Positions 12,342 through 23,246 of a DNA stretch of 64,000 nt are shown here, piece by piece. Position numbers and translations under genes: made by a program. This DNA comes from Nemertoderma westbladi (Eukaryota; Animalia; Xenacoelomorpha). Numbering within the stretch: the stretch's first letter is position 1; each line of letters begins with the position of its first letter. Where the stretch lies: the NCBI GenBank assembly GCA_032718475.1, contig JAUCBJ010004577.1:1-64000 (forward strand), written 5' to 3'. The notes beneath the pieces are model-generated. The model did not search any database, had not been told where the DNA came from, and saw nothing but the letters and a program-made list of their open reading frames with translations.

Positions 12342-14026
12342 TAAAACGTCTGTCCTTATCTGATCTGATCTGATCTGACAGCATCTGATCCTATAACCAA
12401 TCAGGAGAAAGAGATATAATATTTACCTAACTGTCTGTTAGGTAAATAGCCAATAGCTGAATAGGGGATCACGTTTCAGGTTGCCTGTTACGTATCAGTA
12501 TCATCATATGAAGTAGCAGTACAGGCATATCGGTATGCATCTAAATGCACAAAGGCATGTTATTATATATTAAAAATGCGATATACAGTAGGATGAAGGA
12601 TGGTGGGTATGAAAGTTGTGTGATTGTCCCAACAAGATGGATAATTTCAGATGTAAACAACTTTCGTAGATTTAGTCTGTTAGTTGGTGTTGAAATATTA
12701 AACTTTTATTAAAAACAATACAGCATTTGCTGCAATATTTTTCTCGTAAATCTTTCTTGTTAATAGTTATCATTATTAATAGTTAAAGTTAATTATATTA
12801 ATTATAATTAATATTATTAATTAAGTACGGTAATGATTCTTATTAATATATTACATTTAAAATATGTATGAAATTTAAGAAATTTATTAATTTTACTATT
12901 TATTAAAGAATAGGGGAAGGTGGATGGGAATGTGGGAATTTATAAACACTTATTACCTTCCAATTGAAGGAAAAGAGCAGGTTACAGCGGCTGTAATTTC
13001 TAACCAAAACAATAAACGACGTTGTTACCTACAAATTGGGAAAGGAGCAGGTTACCGAGACAGGGTTTTCTAACCAAAACAATAAACGATTTTGTTACCT
13101 ACCAATTGAGGGAAAGTAGAATATGTTACCGCGGCGGCTTGTTTACACAGTTACACCGGTCACCTTCTTACTAACCGTCCTACTGACTGATCAATAGATC
13201 ATCCCCCTCAAAAAATAAAGGACATCGCGCACGCGCATAAAACACTTAATAAAGACAAATTTAATAAAAAATATCGACCGAAAAATGAAATCCTTGTATT
13301 CTTCACATGGGCGAAGAATACCAGACTTTCTGCCGTTTTATTTTACTTTGCAGTTACCCCTATGTGAAGAATACCAGGTTTTCACCAAAAACACAGGTTA
13401 CACTGAATATAACCAAAACAATAAACGAATTAGTATATGTGCAGGTTATAAGACATAAATAAGCTCTATAATACACTCAATAAAGATAAATTAAAAAAGA
13501 ATTAAAACCTTCAAATATAAAATTCCAATAAAAGTCAACCGAAAAGTGAAATCCTGGTATGCTTCACATGGGCGGTATTCTTCACATGGACCGACACCAA
13601 AATTTGGCACCAGCCGCTAAAAACAAATTTAAAATTTCTAGCTTATTTTATTTGAATTCCTTATAGTTAGTTTCAGTTAGTATTTTAGTTAGTATCGTTA
13701 GTTTCAGAGAGGGAAGTATTATATTGACACCCCCCGGGTTTAAGGGGAATACCGGGGAAACTTCACATGCTGACATAGGCAGAAAGTCCAGTACTCATTT
13801 AGCTACCATTTAAGGATGCAAGGCAGAGATGCCTCGCTAAACCCTTCAAAACATTCGTGCCGAAACGAACACTACCTTGGCCCCATGCCGGGGTTGAACC
13901 CACAACCTCCGAGAGATGTGAATTCAATATAACCACTACACCAAGGTGCGCTCTGAACCAAGGTGGAACAAGTGTCAGATACCGTCAGATCAGATCAGAT
14001 CAGATCAGATAAGGACAGACGTTTTA
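12342..14026. mobile_element. Non-autonomous TIR-bounded DNA element, about 1.7 kb, carrying internal repeats and a SINE
   Basis: About 45-bp inverted repeats TAAAACGTCTGTCCTTATCTGATCTGATCTGATCTGAC.G.ATCTGA at both ends; no ORF; superfamily unclear. Confidence 0.75.
13735..13946 (-). mobile_element. tRNA-derived SINE copy
   Basis: Minus-strand A box TGGTGTAGTGG and B box GGTTCAACCCC. The body GTACTCATTTAG..ACCATTTAAGGAT.CAAGG is shared with about 47265-47345. Confidence 0.65.
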
Positions 14027-14499
14027 GCCATCCTATGTTAAGCGGCTCTCTAGTTACGTAATAAATATTCGAAAACAGTAAACTATTTAACATTCAGTAA
14101 GGCAGCATCAGGAAATGAAGAGTTCAATAATTTGAATCGCAATAACTATGGGCTGATTGGAGCAATTGAGTAGGGGCCTAAAACACTACAGTTCACTTAT
14201 AATTTTAACACTATATCGCTCTATATTTTATTTAAGAATTGAGTAATAAAAAGTAGGCCTACCAATCAGCCAATTTAAGAATAAAATTACGTATTATATA
14301 AAACTGTAAAAAACGGGGGAAAACGTAGACTGGTAGAACGTTTTTTTCTTTCAATATTCTCTCGACCTTTTATTAACATCGGTTACGGTCAGTAAATAAA
14401 ATAATGTACCTCGAGAATAGTGAAAAAAAGTTCTACTTTTACCCATGTACAGACTGACAGATGTAATAAATAATTATTACATTCAGAGTAATATTGGTA

Positions 14500-15430
14500 A
14501 TTTACATAGTGGACTGTCACTCTGTCACTGTCAGGCGCTCAGGCCCAGGCCTATGTAATAAAATCAGACAATAATAAAGGATTACGAAACAATCAGACAA
14601 TGTTAATCACTTACTCAACAATGTTAGATGGACCGGGTCCCACAAATACCGTCTGACCGTCGTTTTTACAGTAGTACCGGTACCGTAGCCGATTTTATTT
14701 TTTTAGTCAGTTAGGCCCTAGTAAACTGGTAAAAGCTGAATTTTAGCTGTAGCTATACCGGTCTGCCGGTCCGGTAGCTGTATAGGCCTAGTCGATTTTC
14801 CCCTTCCTTTTCAGCAGCGTTTAGTACCGGTACCTAACTGCCTAAAAACTGAATTTTTTGACAAATTTTTACATTCAGACATTTAAAATTAAATATTGTG
14901 ACTTTAGCTGTTTGGTGGCACTTTAGTATCAAATCTTTCAATATTCGGTAGGTAGGTCTACGCCTACGGTACCGGTAGGTACCGAATTTGCCGAATTTTT
15001 TTTTCAAATTCGGTTCGGTTTCCTGGTTTCGGTTGGAAAAATTTTAAATTCGGCCGATTCATATACTGTCAGACTGTATGTAGTACAGTGTACACTACCG
15101 GTCACCGGTAGTACTGTAGTATATTATATATATAGGGCCTATAGCTGTATAGTACCGGTACCGGTAGTACAGTAGGCAGGTCTGCAGGTAGGCCTAATAC
15201 AATACCGGTAGGGCGGTAGGTACGGTAGGCCTACTGACTAACTAAGGTAGATTGATTATATTGTACCTGCATGTCAAAATGTCAGATGTTTAATGTTACG
15301 GTATGTTAACTAGCAACCAGAGCAACAACTAAGCACAGAAGCACAGAAGCAAGTCTCATCTCATACCACTTTCTGCCTGTCAGCCTGTAGCAGTAGCTGT
15401 ACCGGCACTACGGTATTGTATCGGTGCGGT
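14500..15430. promoter_or_regulatory. Candidate promoter / 5' non-coding exon region of SAR1
   Basis: Locally CpG-rich with many TACCGGTA, GGTACC and TAGGCCTA palindromes. A minus-strand donor-like GA|GTAAGTG lies near 14616. This is inference only. Confidence 0.3.
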
Positions 15431-15894
15431 ACTTCAGTACTTAGGCTGTAAGATGTATGCCTATTGCTGTATTGCAGTATTGATTGTGAGCAGCTGAGCA
15501 GTGCTGCAGTACAAGTTTAGTTAAGAGTCAATAGGGCTGTTTCAGTATGTGCTGACGTGTCACCATGTCAGTCAGGGTAGTGTTACTAGTGTTATATTTT
15601 TCGCACGGACATTACCTATCTGCCTATCTGTCAATTATGTCACTGGAATATACTGTACGTATATGTATATGTACGTATGTATATGTGTAGGGCCTGTGAA
15701 GCGGTTAACCAGTTAATTCAAATTAACCGGTTAGAAATTGATTAACCGGTTAACCGGCTTAATGTCCCATTTTCAGGTTTACAGGTTCTGTTACCAGTTT
15801 TATTACCTGTGTGTTACCATATTAATGTGTATTTCCCATATTGCGATGTTTCAGAAATTCATTCTGTACTGTATGCAGCTGTAGGACTACAGTA

Positions 15895-16408
15895 CACAAG
15901 CCGTTCCGTACAGGAATATTGATCCGTGAATAACCAATCAGCTCACAGATCAACATTCCTGTTTTCATCATGAATTTTGATCCATTCAGAAGGAGTTGTC
16001 CCCCACTTAAAGGCCATGATGATACACCACAGGAGCGGCGAGCGGCAGCGGCCGATGTGAGCGGCGACTTTTAGTATGAATCACCAGAGGAGCCGCGAGC
16101 GGCAACAGCCATTTGTGGTGTATCATCACCCATAGAAAATAATGTATATGTTATATTTTTTAAAAAAGTGGCCGCTCACCGCTCCTGTGGTGTATCGGCC
16201 TTAATATTACTAGCAGGTTACAGAGGCGCGTTCAGGGAACCAAAACAATATAACGAAAGTTAACACATGTTACAATATTATGTAGGTCTTTATAATTGGG
16301 TCTTGTGTCTTTGGAAATATCAACAATTCCTGCATGAAAACAGCTGATTGAGTGAGTGAGCTGATTGGTTAATTCAAGCATCAATATTCCTGTACGAAAC
16401 GGCTTCTC
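15895..16408. mobile_element. Long-TIR MITE (middle element), TA flanks
   Basis: About 70-bp imperfect inverted repeats AAGCCGTT(C/T)CGTACAGGAATATTGAT..TGAA.TAACCAATCAGCTCAC. Confidence 0.75.
16011..16200. mobile_element. TTAA-flanked MITE (Kolobok/piggyBac-type; inner element)
   Basis: TTAA|AGGCC..GATACACCACAGGAGCGGCGAGCGGC and GCCGCTCACCGCTCCTGTGGTGTATCGGCC|TTAA. Confidence 0.8.
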
Positions 16409-18499
16409 TACAGTACAGTATACATACACTACAGTAGTACTGGGCAGGCCATGACTGGTGGCTCTATCACAATAGAGGAATAGAGGCACTTAACAGTACA
16501 GCAAGTAGGGAGGGATACCTCTTAGCTTAGCTTACATAATAAATATACATACCGGTACTGTAGCTTAAGTTTGGGGGACTGTCAGCGATAAAACTTTCAG
16601 TTTCATAGTATGTACCGTAATATGTATGTTGCTGTTGCACCATTAGGTTGTAGGTCTAGGTAGGTTTCTACTTTTTAACCGGTTAATTGGCAATGGTTAA
16701 CCTGTTGATGGAAAAATGAATCGCTTTAGGCCCTACTGTAGTGTTGTAAATCAGGTATTGTACTTGCCCCAGTGCCCCACCCCCCCCCCCCCCCCCCAAA
16801 TTTTTATACAATAATCCTAATGAGATTCCATGAAAATTGAAACGGAGATTACTGTAGTTTCACTTCCCTCCTCCTTTCTGGGTGAGCCAGAATATTCACT
16901 TTCATTATTTGGCTATTAGCTATGTACAAGCGTTTGAAAAAGGTGTCTCCGTCGATATTGTACCATTGTTACACCGCAGTTACTGTATTCTTCAACCTTA
17001 GCCTTATTATAGTGATTTGTTGGTATGCTGTTAGAAAGCTGGCCATGCAAGGACTCAAAATATGTAACACAATCTGAATCTTCTCCTAAAATAGCGGATA
17101 TATGAGCGTTCAAAAGTTACATGGTTTTGCACTGCAAAAGGCTATTTTACTCTATTTAATAAATGTAGGACTAAACCATATTTTGGAACATTTTGATTAT
17201 CCAATACGTAGGTGGGCAACAATACCATACCTCTTAAATAATAATAATATTACGTAGCTCTAATCATACATAAACAAAATGTTCCAGAATAAGTCTTAAT
17301 TTATTAAATATAATTGCCTCGCGCAAGTGCATAACAAATAATTTAAACTGACAATCCTAATAAAAATGGTGATTTATAGAATTGTTAGACAATAATTATT
17401 CAAAATTGTCATTATACATATTACCCTGGCAACGGGAATGTAAGAAATTCAAATGTAAAATATTTTATTCTTTAAACTTTTATTCCCTTTACGCACCTAC
17501 CAAATCTCAAGAACAAAATCCATTGTCGTCTTGAAATACAGGCGTGCAAAGTTTGGTCTTTGCACCCGGTCACCTCGACAACAACAAGATAAAAATTCCA
17601 GAAAGACATTTTATTACATGTCTATTAACCCTCGTCATCATATCCACCTAACAAAAGTAGCATAAAAGAAGTTTCTAAGGAAATATTATGAAAATAGTGC
17701 CATAAATAGGGAAAAGATCGACCTCAGAATTTCAGCAATCCGCTCCCTGAATGACCTGTTATGGTTCACCTTGATAACCATGCAACATTTGAAGACAAAC
17801 GCTCATATCTTACAGTAGTAGGGGAGATTGTTATAAAATCAGTCAAATTGTGATACAAGCATTCAATTTGTGACGAACGTTCGTTTGGGGTCACTTTGCA
17901 GGTGCGGGCTCAAGTACACGTTTCCCATGGCGACCAGTACTTAATAAGAGACTTATAACCCTTACCTGTGGTGGAGGTTCCCAGAAAATGATTTACATAT
18001 TGCACTACATTTCGATAAATATATGTTGAATATATTATAATTTTCATATAATTTGTTTGTTTCCATGGCAACTGAGATAAATACAACTTTAAAATTTTTA
18101 ATCCACCTGAATCGTGATATATTAGTTAAATATAACTGGGTTTGCTTTTGTGTGTTCTTGTTTATAATTACAGTTCCAATCCAGATGGATGTTGTGTTTT
18201 CTTAAATGTGTATTTTAATGTACCTGTAGCCATAGCAACCATATCCATCATTTTTTACATGGAAATAACTTTATTTTGTGGCTTGAATTTTATATATTCG
18301 CAATCGCAATCAATTCGTATAAAATATTCATGACGATCATTGTTCGTAGTGATTCTAGAAATCTTATAATTGCGTTGTTGCCATTGCAACTAGGGTAAAC
18401 ATGATCACAGTACATAGTAAGTGTCTATAGTTCTGCTACATGATGAGGTTCAACTCAATCCAACTCAGCAACTTCAAAGGCAAATAAACACACAGCATT

Positions 18500-21105
18500 T
18501 ATTGAAAGGAGGCTTAGTCTATGGAAAAAGGGGGATATTAGCCAGCTATTGAAAGAGTCCAGGCACATACAGAGTAAATTATTATCCTCTAAAAGATACC
18601 GATTATGGTAATGAAAGGAAAACTTTCTGCAGCACTAAAGTTCCTAGAATCTGAAAGCCCAGGTGGAGTTCTTCCACTAAATAACAATATTATAAACGAA
18701 CTGAAGAAAAAGCATCCGGACCCTCCTGGTGAAATACAAGATGATAGATAGGCCTCATGCCTACCTTACTGCAGGGGCCAGTGGACAGTATTCCATACTG
18801 TTTATTTAGCCAAATAACTGAACAGACACTAGACAGTTCTTAATGCAGCTCTCGATATGTAGGGATCGGTAGGACCCTCTGGGATGGATGCAGAACTCTA
18901 CCAAATAATTTTGTGTTCAAAACAGTTCAGCGGCGTTGGAAAGGAACTGCGAGAGAAAAACGCCAGTGTCCTTTAAGATGCGTCTCAAGAAAGTCATGGG
19001 CTGTCCACCATGCTTATTCACTCCATGAGGCTGCCAAAGTACAAGATTATGCACTGGCTGGTCCTCACGGCGAAAGCAATGTCCAGCAAAGCGGAGGCGA
19101 TTTTGTTCTAGTGTCAAGCTTGGGGGAACCAATGAGACACCTCCAATGTTATATAGTGTCAGGTTGGAGATGTGTGCATTGTACTTGACACAATGAACCC
19201 GGCGTAGCATTCTTGTGAATGTGCCATCCAGAGATATGGTGTCCTCAGCAGTTAGAGCCCAGCATGGACTCCCATAGAGGAGTACTGGAACTACTGCTGC
19301 TCTAAATAATCGACCTTAAGTTTCCGATTAATTCTCGGTGACTTCCAAATCCTGGAAAGCCTATTCAAGGCTGCCCATGCCTTTCCCTTACGTATTCGAA
19401 GGTCCTCACCTGACTTCAGGATCCATGATCCCAGGTAACAGAAGTCGTCCACATGCTCAAGCATACCATCTTTTGAGCTTATGCTCATCCGATCAGAGAC
19501 TTGCTGAGGACTTTCAAAGTTAACTGTCAAAATTTTGGTCTTTCTGGAGTTAATAAAAAGACCAACACTAGAAGCAGCATGTTCTAATGAGCTGAGGAGC
19601 CGTTGGGCTCCCTTTAGTGATTCTGAGAGTACTCCTAAGTCATCAACAAAGTCTAGATCAGTTAGGTACTTGGCAGGATTTCCTCGACTTCTGGGGCCAG
19701 TAGGTGGAGTTATCATCACCCCATCATCATTATGATGATCTAAGGACATGCGTAGAACATAGTCAACAACAATTATGAACAAGAATGGTGCAAGTGTGTC
19801 TCCCTGGAGAACGCCCCATAACACTTCAAATGGTTCTGTGTCACCGTCAACAGTAGACACAAATGTTGTCGAACCATCGTATACTGATCTGATTGCTGCA
19901 ATAATTTCATCAGGAATCCTATATAATGAAAGTATGCTGAACATACGTGAGCGAGAGACTGAATCAAAGGCCTTGAAGAAGTCAACAAAGATAACAGCCA
20001 GATGCCTGTCTTTCTTTTTTGATAACTCTTCAATTATCCTTCTAAGTGCCAAAATGGGCTCCATGGTCCCACGACCTTTACGGAACCCATTCTGATTTCC
20101 ACGGAGCAGTCTCTCAACATCAATACAATGCATCGATGAAAATTACAGAACCTCTAGTTAAGCTCATTGTGGATCAGGTTTCAATGATACAAAATCCAGC
20201 CAATTACAAAATGAATGAAAAGCAACTAAAAGTCGATTATGTACAGAATAAAACGTGAGTTCTTAAATAACAGCTAGCTGTAGTGTTTCAAATTATACCT
20301 GAAAGTTTAAAACCCTTCATAAAACAGACAACGGAGCCAGATACTGATCGCATTACCTTTTAAAGAACAAGGATTTGATTTGAATAAACAGCAATTTCGT
20401 GATGCCATTTCCCTTTGCCTAAGATATAACTTTCCATTGGATCGATTACCAAGTATGTGCGTCTGCAGTGAACAGTTCAATGGATTACATGCTCAATCGT
20501 GAAAGAAGGGAGGTTTCGTTGCCAGGCGACACGACAATGTAAGGGACCTATTGGTTAAACTCCTGAACAAAGTCTGCCTAACTGTCTAATCAGAACCCCA
20601 TCTATTACCCATTGGAGGGGAGATGCTGGATCTAAAGTCGGCTAACCCAAAAGACGATGCACACCTAGACATAAAGGCAAGCGACTTTTGGGAGAGAGGA
20701 CAAACTGCTTTCTGGGATATTAGTGTTACTCACGTAAATGCCCAATCAAATGCAAAGCGATCCACTGAGAGAAATTTAACGAACTCGAACTAATGAAGAA
20801 GCGGGAGTGTTTACAGCGTGTAATTGACGTGGAACATGCGACTTTCAACACCCTTATTCTCGGGACGAATGGTGGGTTGGAGTGTAGTGCATTTATAAGC
20901 GAGCTCTCTAATATACGTTGGCTGAGCAAAAGGGGGAGCCGTATCCTAAAGTAATTACATATGTACGAACAAAGCTACAGTTTGAAATTCTCAGATCGGC
21001 TTTAATGTGTATGCGTGGCTCCAGAACACCATGGAGAGCAAACGTCCAGAATGTCACGGACTGTGCGATGGATTTTGAACTGAACATGAGTAAAGCAGGC
21101 ATAGT
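18500..21105 (+). mobile_element. Decayed CRE-clade-like (restriction-like endonuclease) non-LTR retrotransposon, in two parts (about 18500-18960 and 20120-21105)
   Basis: Broken-frame translation gives MKGKLSAALKFLE..GGVLPLN..LKKKHP and GSVGPSGMDA..ILCSKQF in the left part. The right part gives YNASMKITEPL, EQGFDLNKQQFRDAI, the knuckle CVC..H..(C)KKGG, RHDNVRD, EPHLLP, LDIKA..FW..AFWDI and EILRSALMCMRGSR. Several stops and frameshifts. Confidence 0.82.
18960..20120 (-). pseudogene. RTE-clade LINE reverse transcriptase fragment (5' truncated, frameshift near 19310)
   Basis: QNGFRKGRGT, FVDFFKAFDSV, GVLQGDTLAPFLF, DLDFVDDL (YADD box), FCYLGS, then the RTE-type C-terminus RLRFAGHCFR...LVLWQP; track ORFs 19291..20133 and 18917..19210. 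Confidence 0.9.
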
Positions 21106-21151
21106 AATCAGGCGTTGCCAGGTAGCGACATTTTATTCAATGTGTATTCTC

Positions 21152-21497
21152 AGAGGAGTACTGGAACTACTGCTGCTCTAAATAATCGGACCTTAAGTTT
21201 CCGAAGTATTCTGTGTGACTTCCAAATCCAGGGCAGCCCATTCAATGCTGCCCATACCTTCCCTTTTATCCGAAGGTCTTCACATCACCTCCAGATTCAT
21301 GATCCCAGGTAGCAGAAGTCGTCCACATGATCAAGCAAACCATCCTTTGAGCTTATGCTCATACGATCGGACATTTCCTGAGAACATTCAAAGTTAATTG
21401 TCAAAATAGTGGTCTTCTTGGAGTTAATAAAAAGACTAACACTAGAAGCAGCCTGGGCCAATGTGCTGAGAAGCCGGTGGGATCCCTGAGCTATTCA
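21152..21497 (-). mobile_element. Second, diverged fragment of the same RTE family
   Basis: Clear nucleotide similarity to about 19276-19630 (AGAGGAGTACTGGAACTACTGCTGCTCTAAATAATCG... GATCCCAGGTA.CAGAAGTCGTCCACATG). Confidence 0.9.
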
Positions 21498-23076
21498 ACG
21501 TGGGCCTTCTAACCATTGGGGCGTTCAGCTTTAGATTCTTCCTTAACCTTGGCGTTGGTTGGCTTTTCAACCCAACGGGCTGATTGTCTGCTGTAATCGA
21601 CACAATTGATGGCAACATTATATATTTTTATTTCTACATTGTAATATATTAATATTGAAATAGACAGACTATTAGACCGGAGATAGATGGGCTTACCGGA
21701 CGGTCAGATGTGCAGACATCCGGACATTGAGACTGATAGATCGGACGTCCGGGCTACTCTTTTTGAGGGTTTAACCAATCAGCAGTTACCAAGTCTGACG
21801 CTAGGGTTATCATTTTTCGGGGGAAATCTACTCATGTTTAATCCTTCCGTGTTGAAAACTCACGCGAAGAAGAACTTATTAAACGAAAAATACTGATAAA
21901 TTAACCGGTGGCTATCGTATTTATTATAAACCAACCAGTAACGCAACTGATAAATTAAAATAGTAGTAAATAGAAACAGTTTAATATAACTCGTATCACA
22001 CAAGAGACGTCAACTAATATATATAGGATAATATGAATTATAATAATAGTAAGTAATATTTCTTGTACTTTATCCCATAATAAATAAACCTAGCATCGTA
22101 AAATTAAAAGGTTTTTTTTATTAGGTTTAACGAACCTAAATTCCTAGGTTATATACAACCATATATATATCCAAAGCACAGCAGTTCGAGTAGATAACAT
22201 CGGATAATTACCCAAAGGTTCTGTACAAGCGCGAGAGATATCTCAATTACTCGAGATAATGCCGTCTCTTAACCAATTTGGTTTCTTGGCTAAGTTCCTA
22301 TCAAAATCAGGGAAAATCATTACAGCAGAAGGGAATTAAAAAATAGTAGCGGCGTTGTTCAACCTTTGATAAAACCACAAACAACAAAATCTTGTTAATT
22401 GTTTATGATGGAGTGAATGTTAATTAATTTTCATCGTAAATAACATTCCAGGTGGATTTAAAACAATTCGGTCCCGAAACCGAAACCATGGGAACGACTT
22501 TTCTGGGATCGAATTGACCTGCTTCCAATACAAATCGCCGGGGTTTAAATAAAATGTAGTTAAACCTCATATTATTTGGGATAAAAACAATAATTTATCA
22601 AAACGTTTACGGGCAATAAATTATTTATAACAATTCGATTATCTTCCAGGTTTAAAACGAATCAATTGGATGAATTTGAGCCGCTCAAAGATTTTGAAAG
22701 TGAAACAATATTATTCCTCCGGTTTTATCCTAATATGAACAATAATTGCGGATTCGCAAACAACGCAACATTGAATGAAAACCAGATAAAACTAATTGAA
22801 GAAAAACTTGTGGCGAAAATAAATCAGTTTTTTCTTGAAATTTGGATGGAAGTTTTACACCAATTTTGTTACAATAATTGCATAACAAATCGGGACATTA
22901 GCCTTTTTATAAATTTAGTACCACCAATAACAAGAAATTAGACTTATATAAATAACCCAGTAACCAATGAGATCGCCGTGTTACGTTCGAGACGGGTGAG
23001 TAATCGCTGAGTCATCAACCAATCAAAGTCCACAATGTCTTCTCGCTGTCTGTAGACCGGCGTCTGCCGTGCTCGA

Positions 23077-23246
23077 TCAGACTTTGCTGTTGATCTTCTT
23101 TAGGTCGAGACTGTTGAGATTTACAGCAACGCGCTCGCGTGGGGCCGATTTCGCAGATTCGAAACAGAAACGTTTGAAATCCTCCAACTCCCGTTCAAAC
23201 TCGTCGTCTGGGTCGATGCCGTCGTTGCGAGGGAGAAAAACCTCAT
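23077..23246 (-). CDS. FAM193A: FAM193 last exon (FAM193 C-terminal domain)
   Basis: ccctgtag|AT GAG GTT TTT CTC CCT ... AAA GTC TGA; encodes EVFLPRNDGIDPDDEFERELEDFKRFCFESAKS. Confidence 0.92.

Larger units (their letters stand above)
15688..16735. mobile_element. hAT-like MITE (outer element of a nested set)
   Basis: Ends TAGGGCCT... / ...AGGCCCTA with subterminal TTAACCGGTTAA arrays on both sides. The TSD is not intact. Confidence 0.6.
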
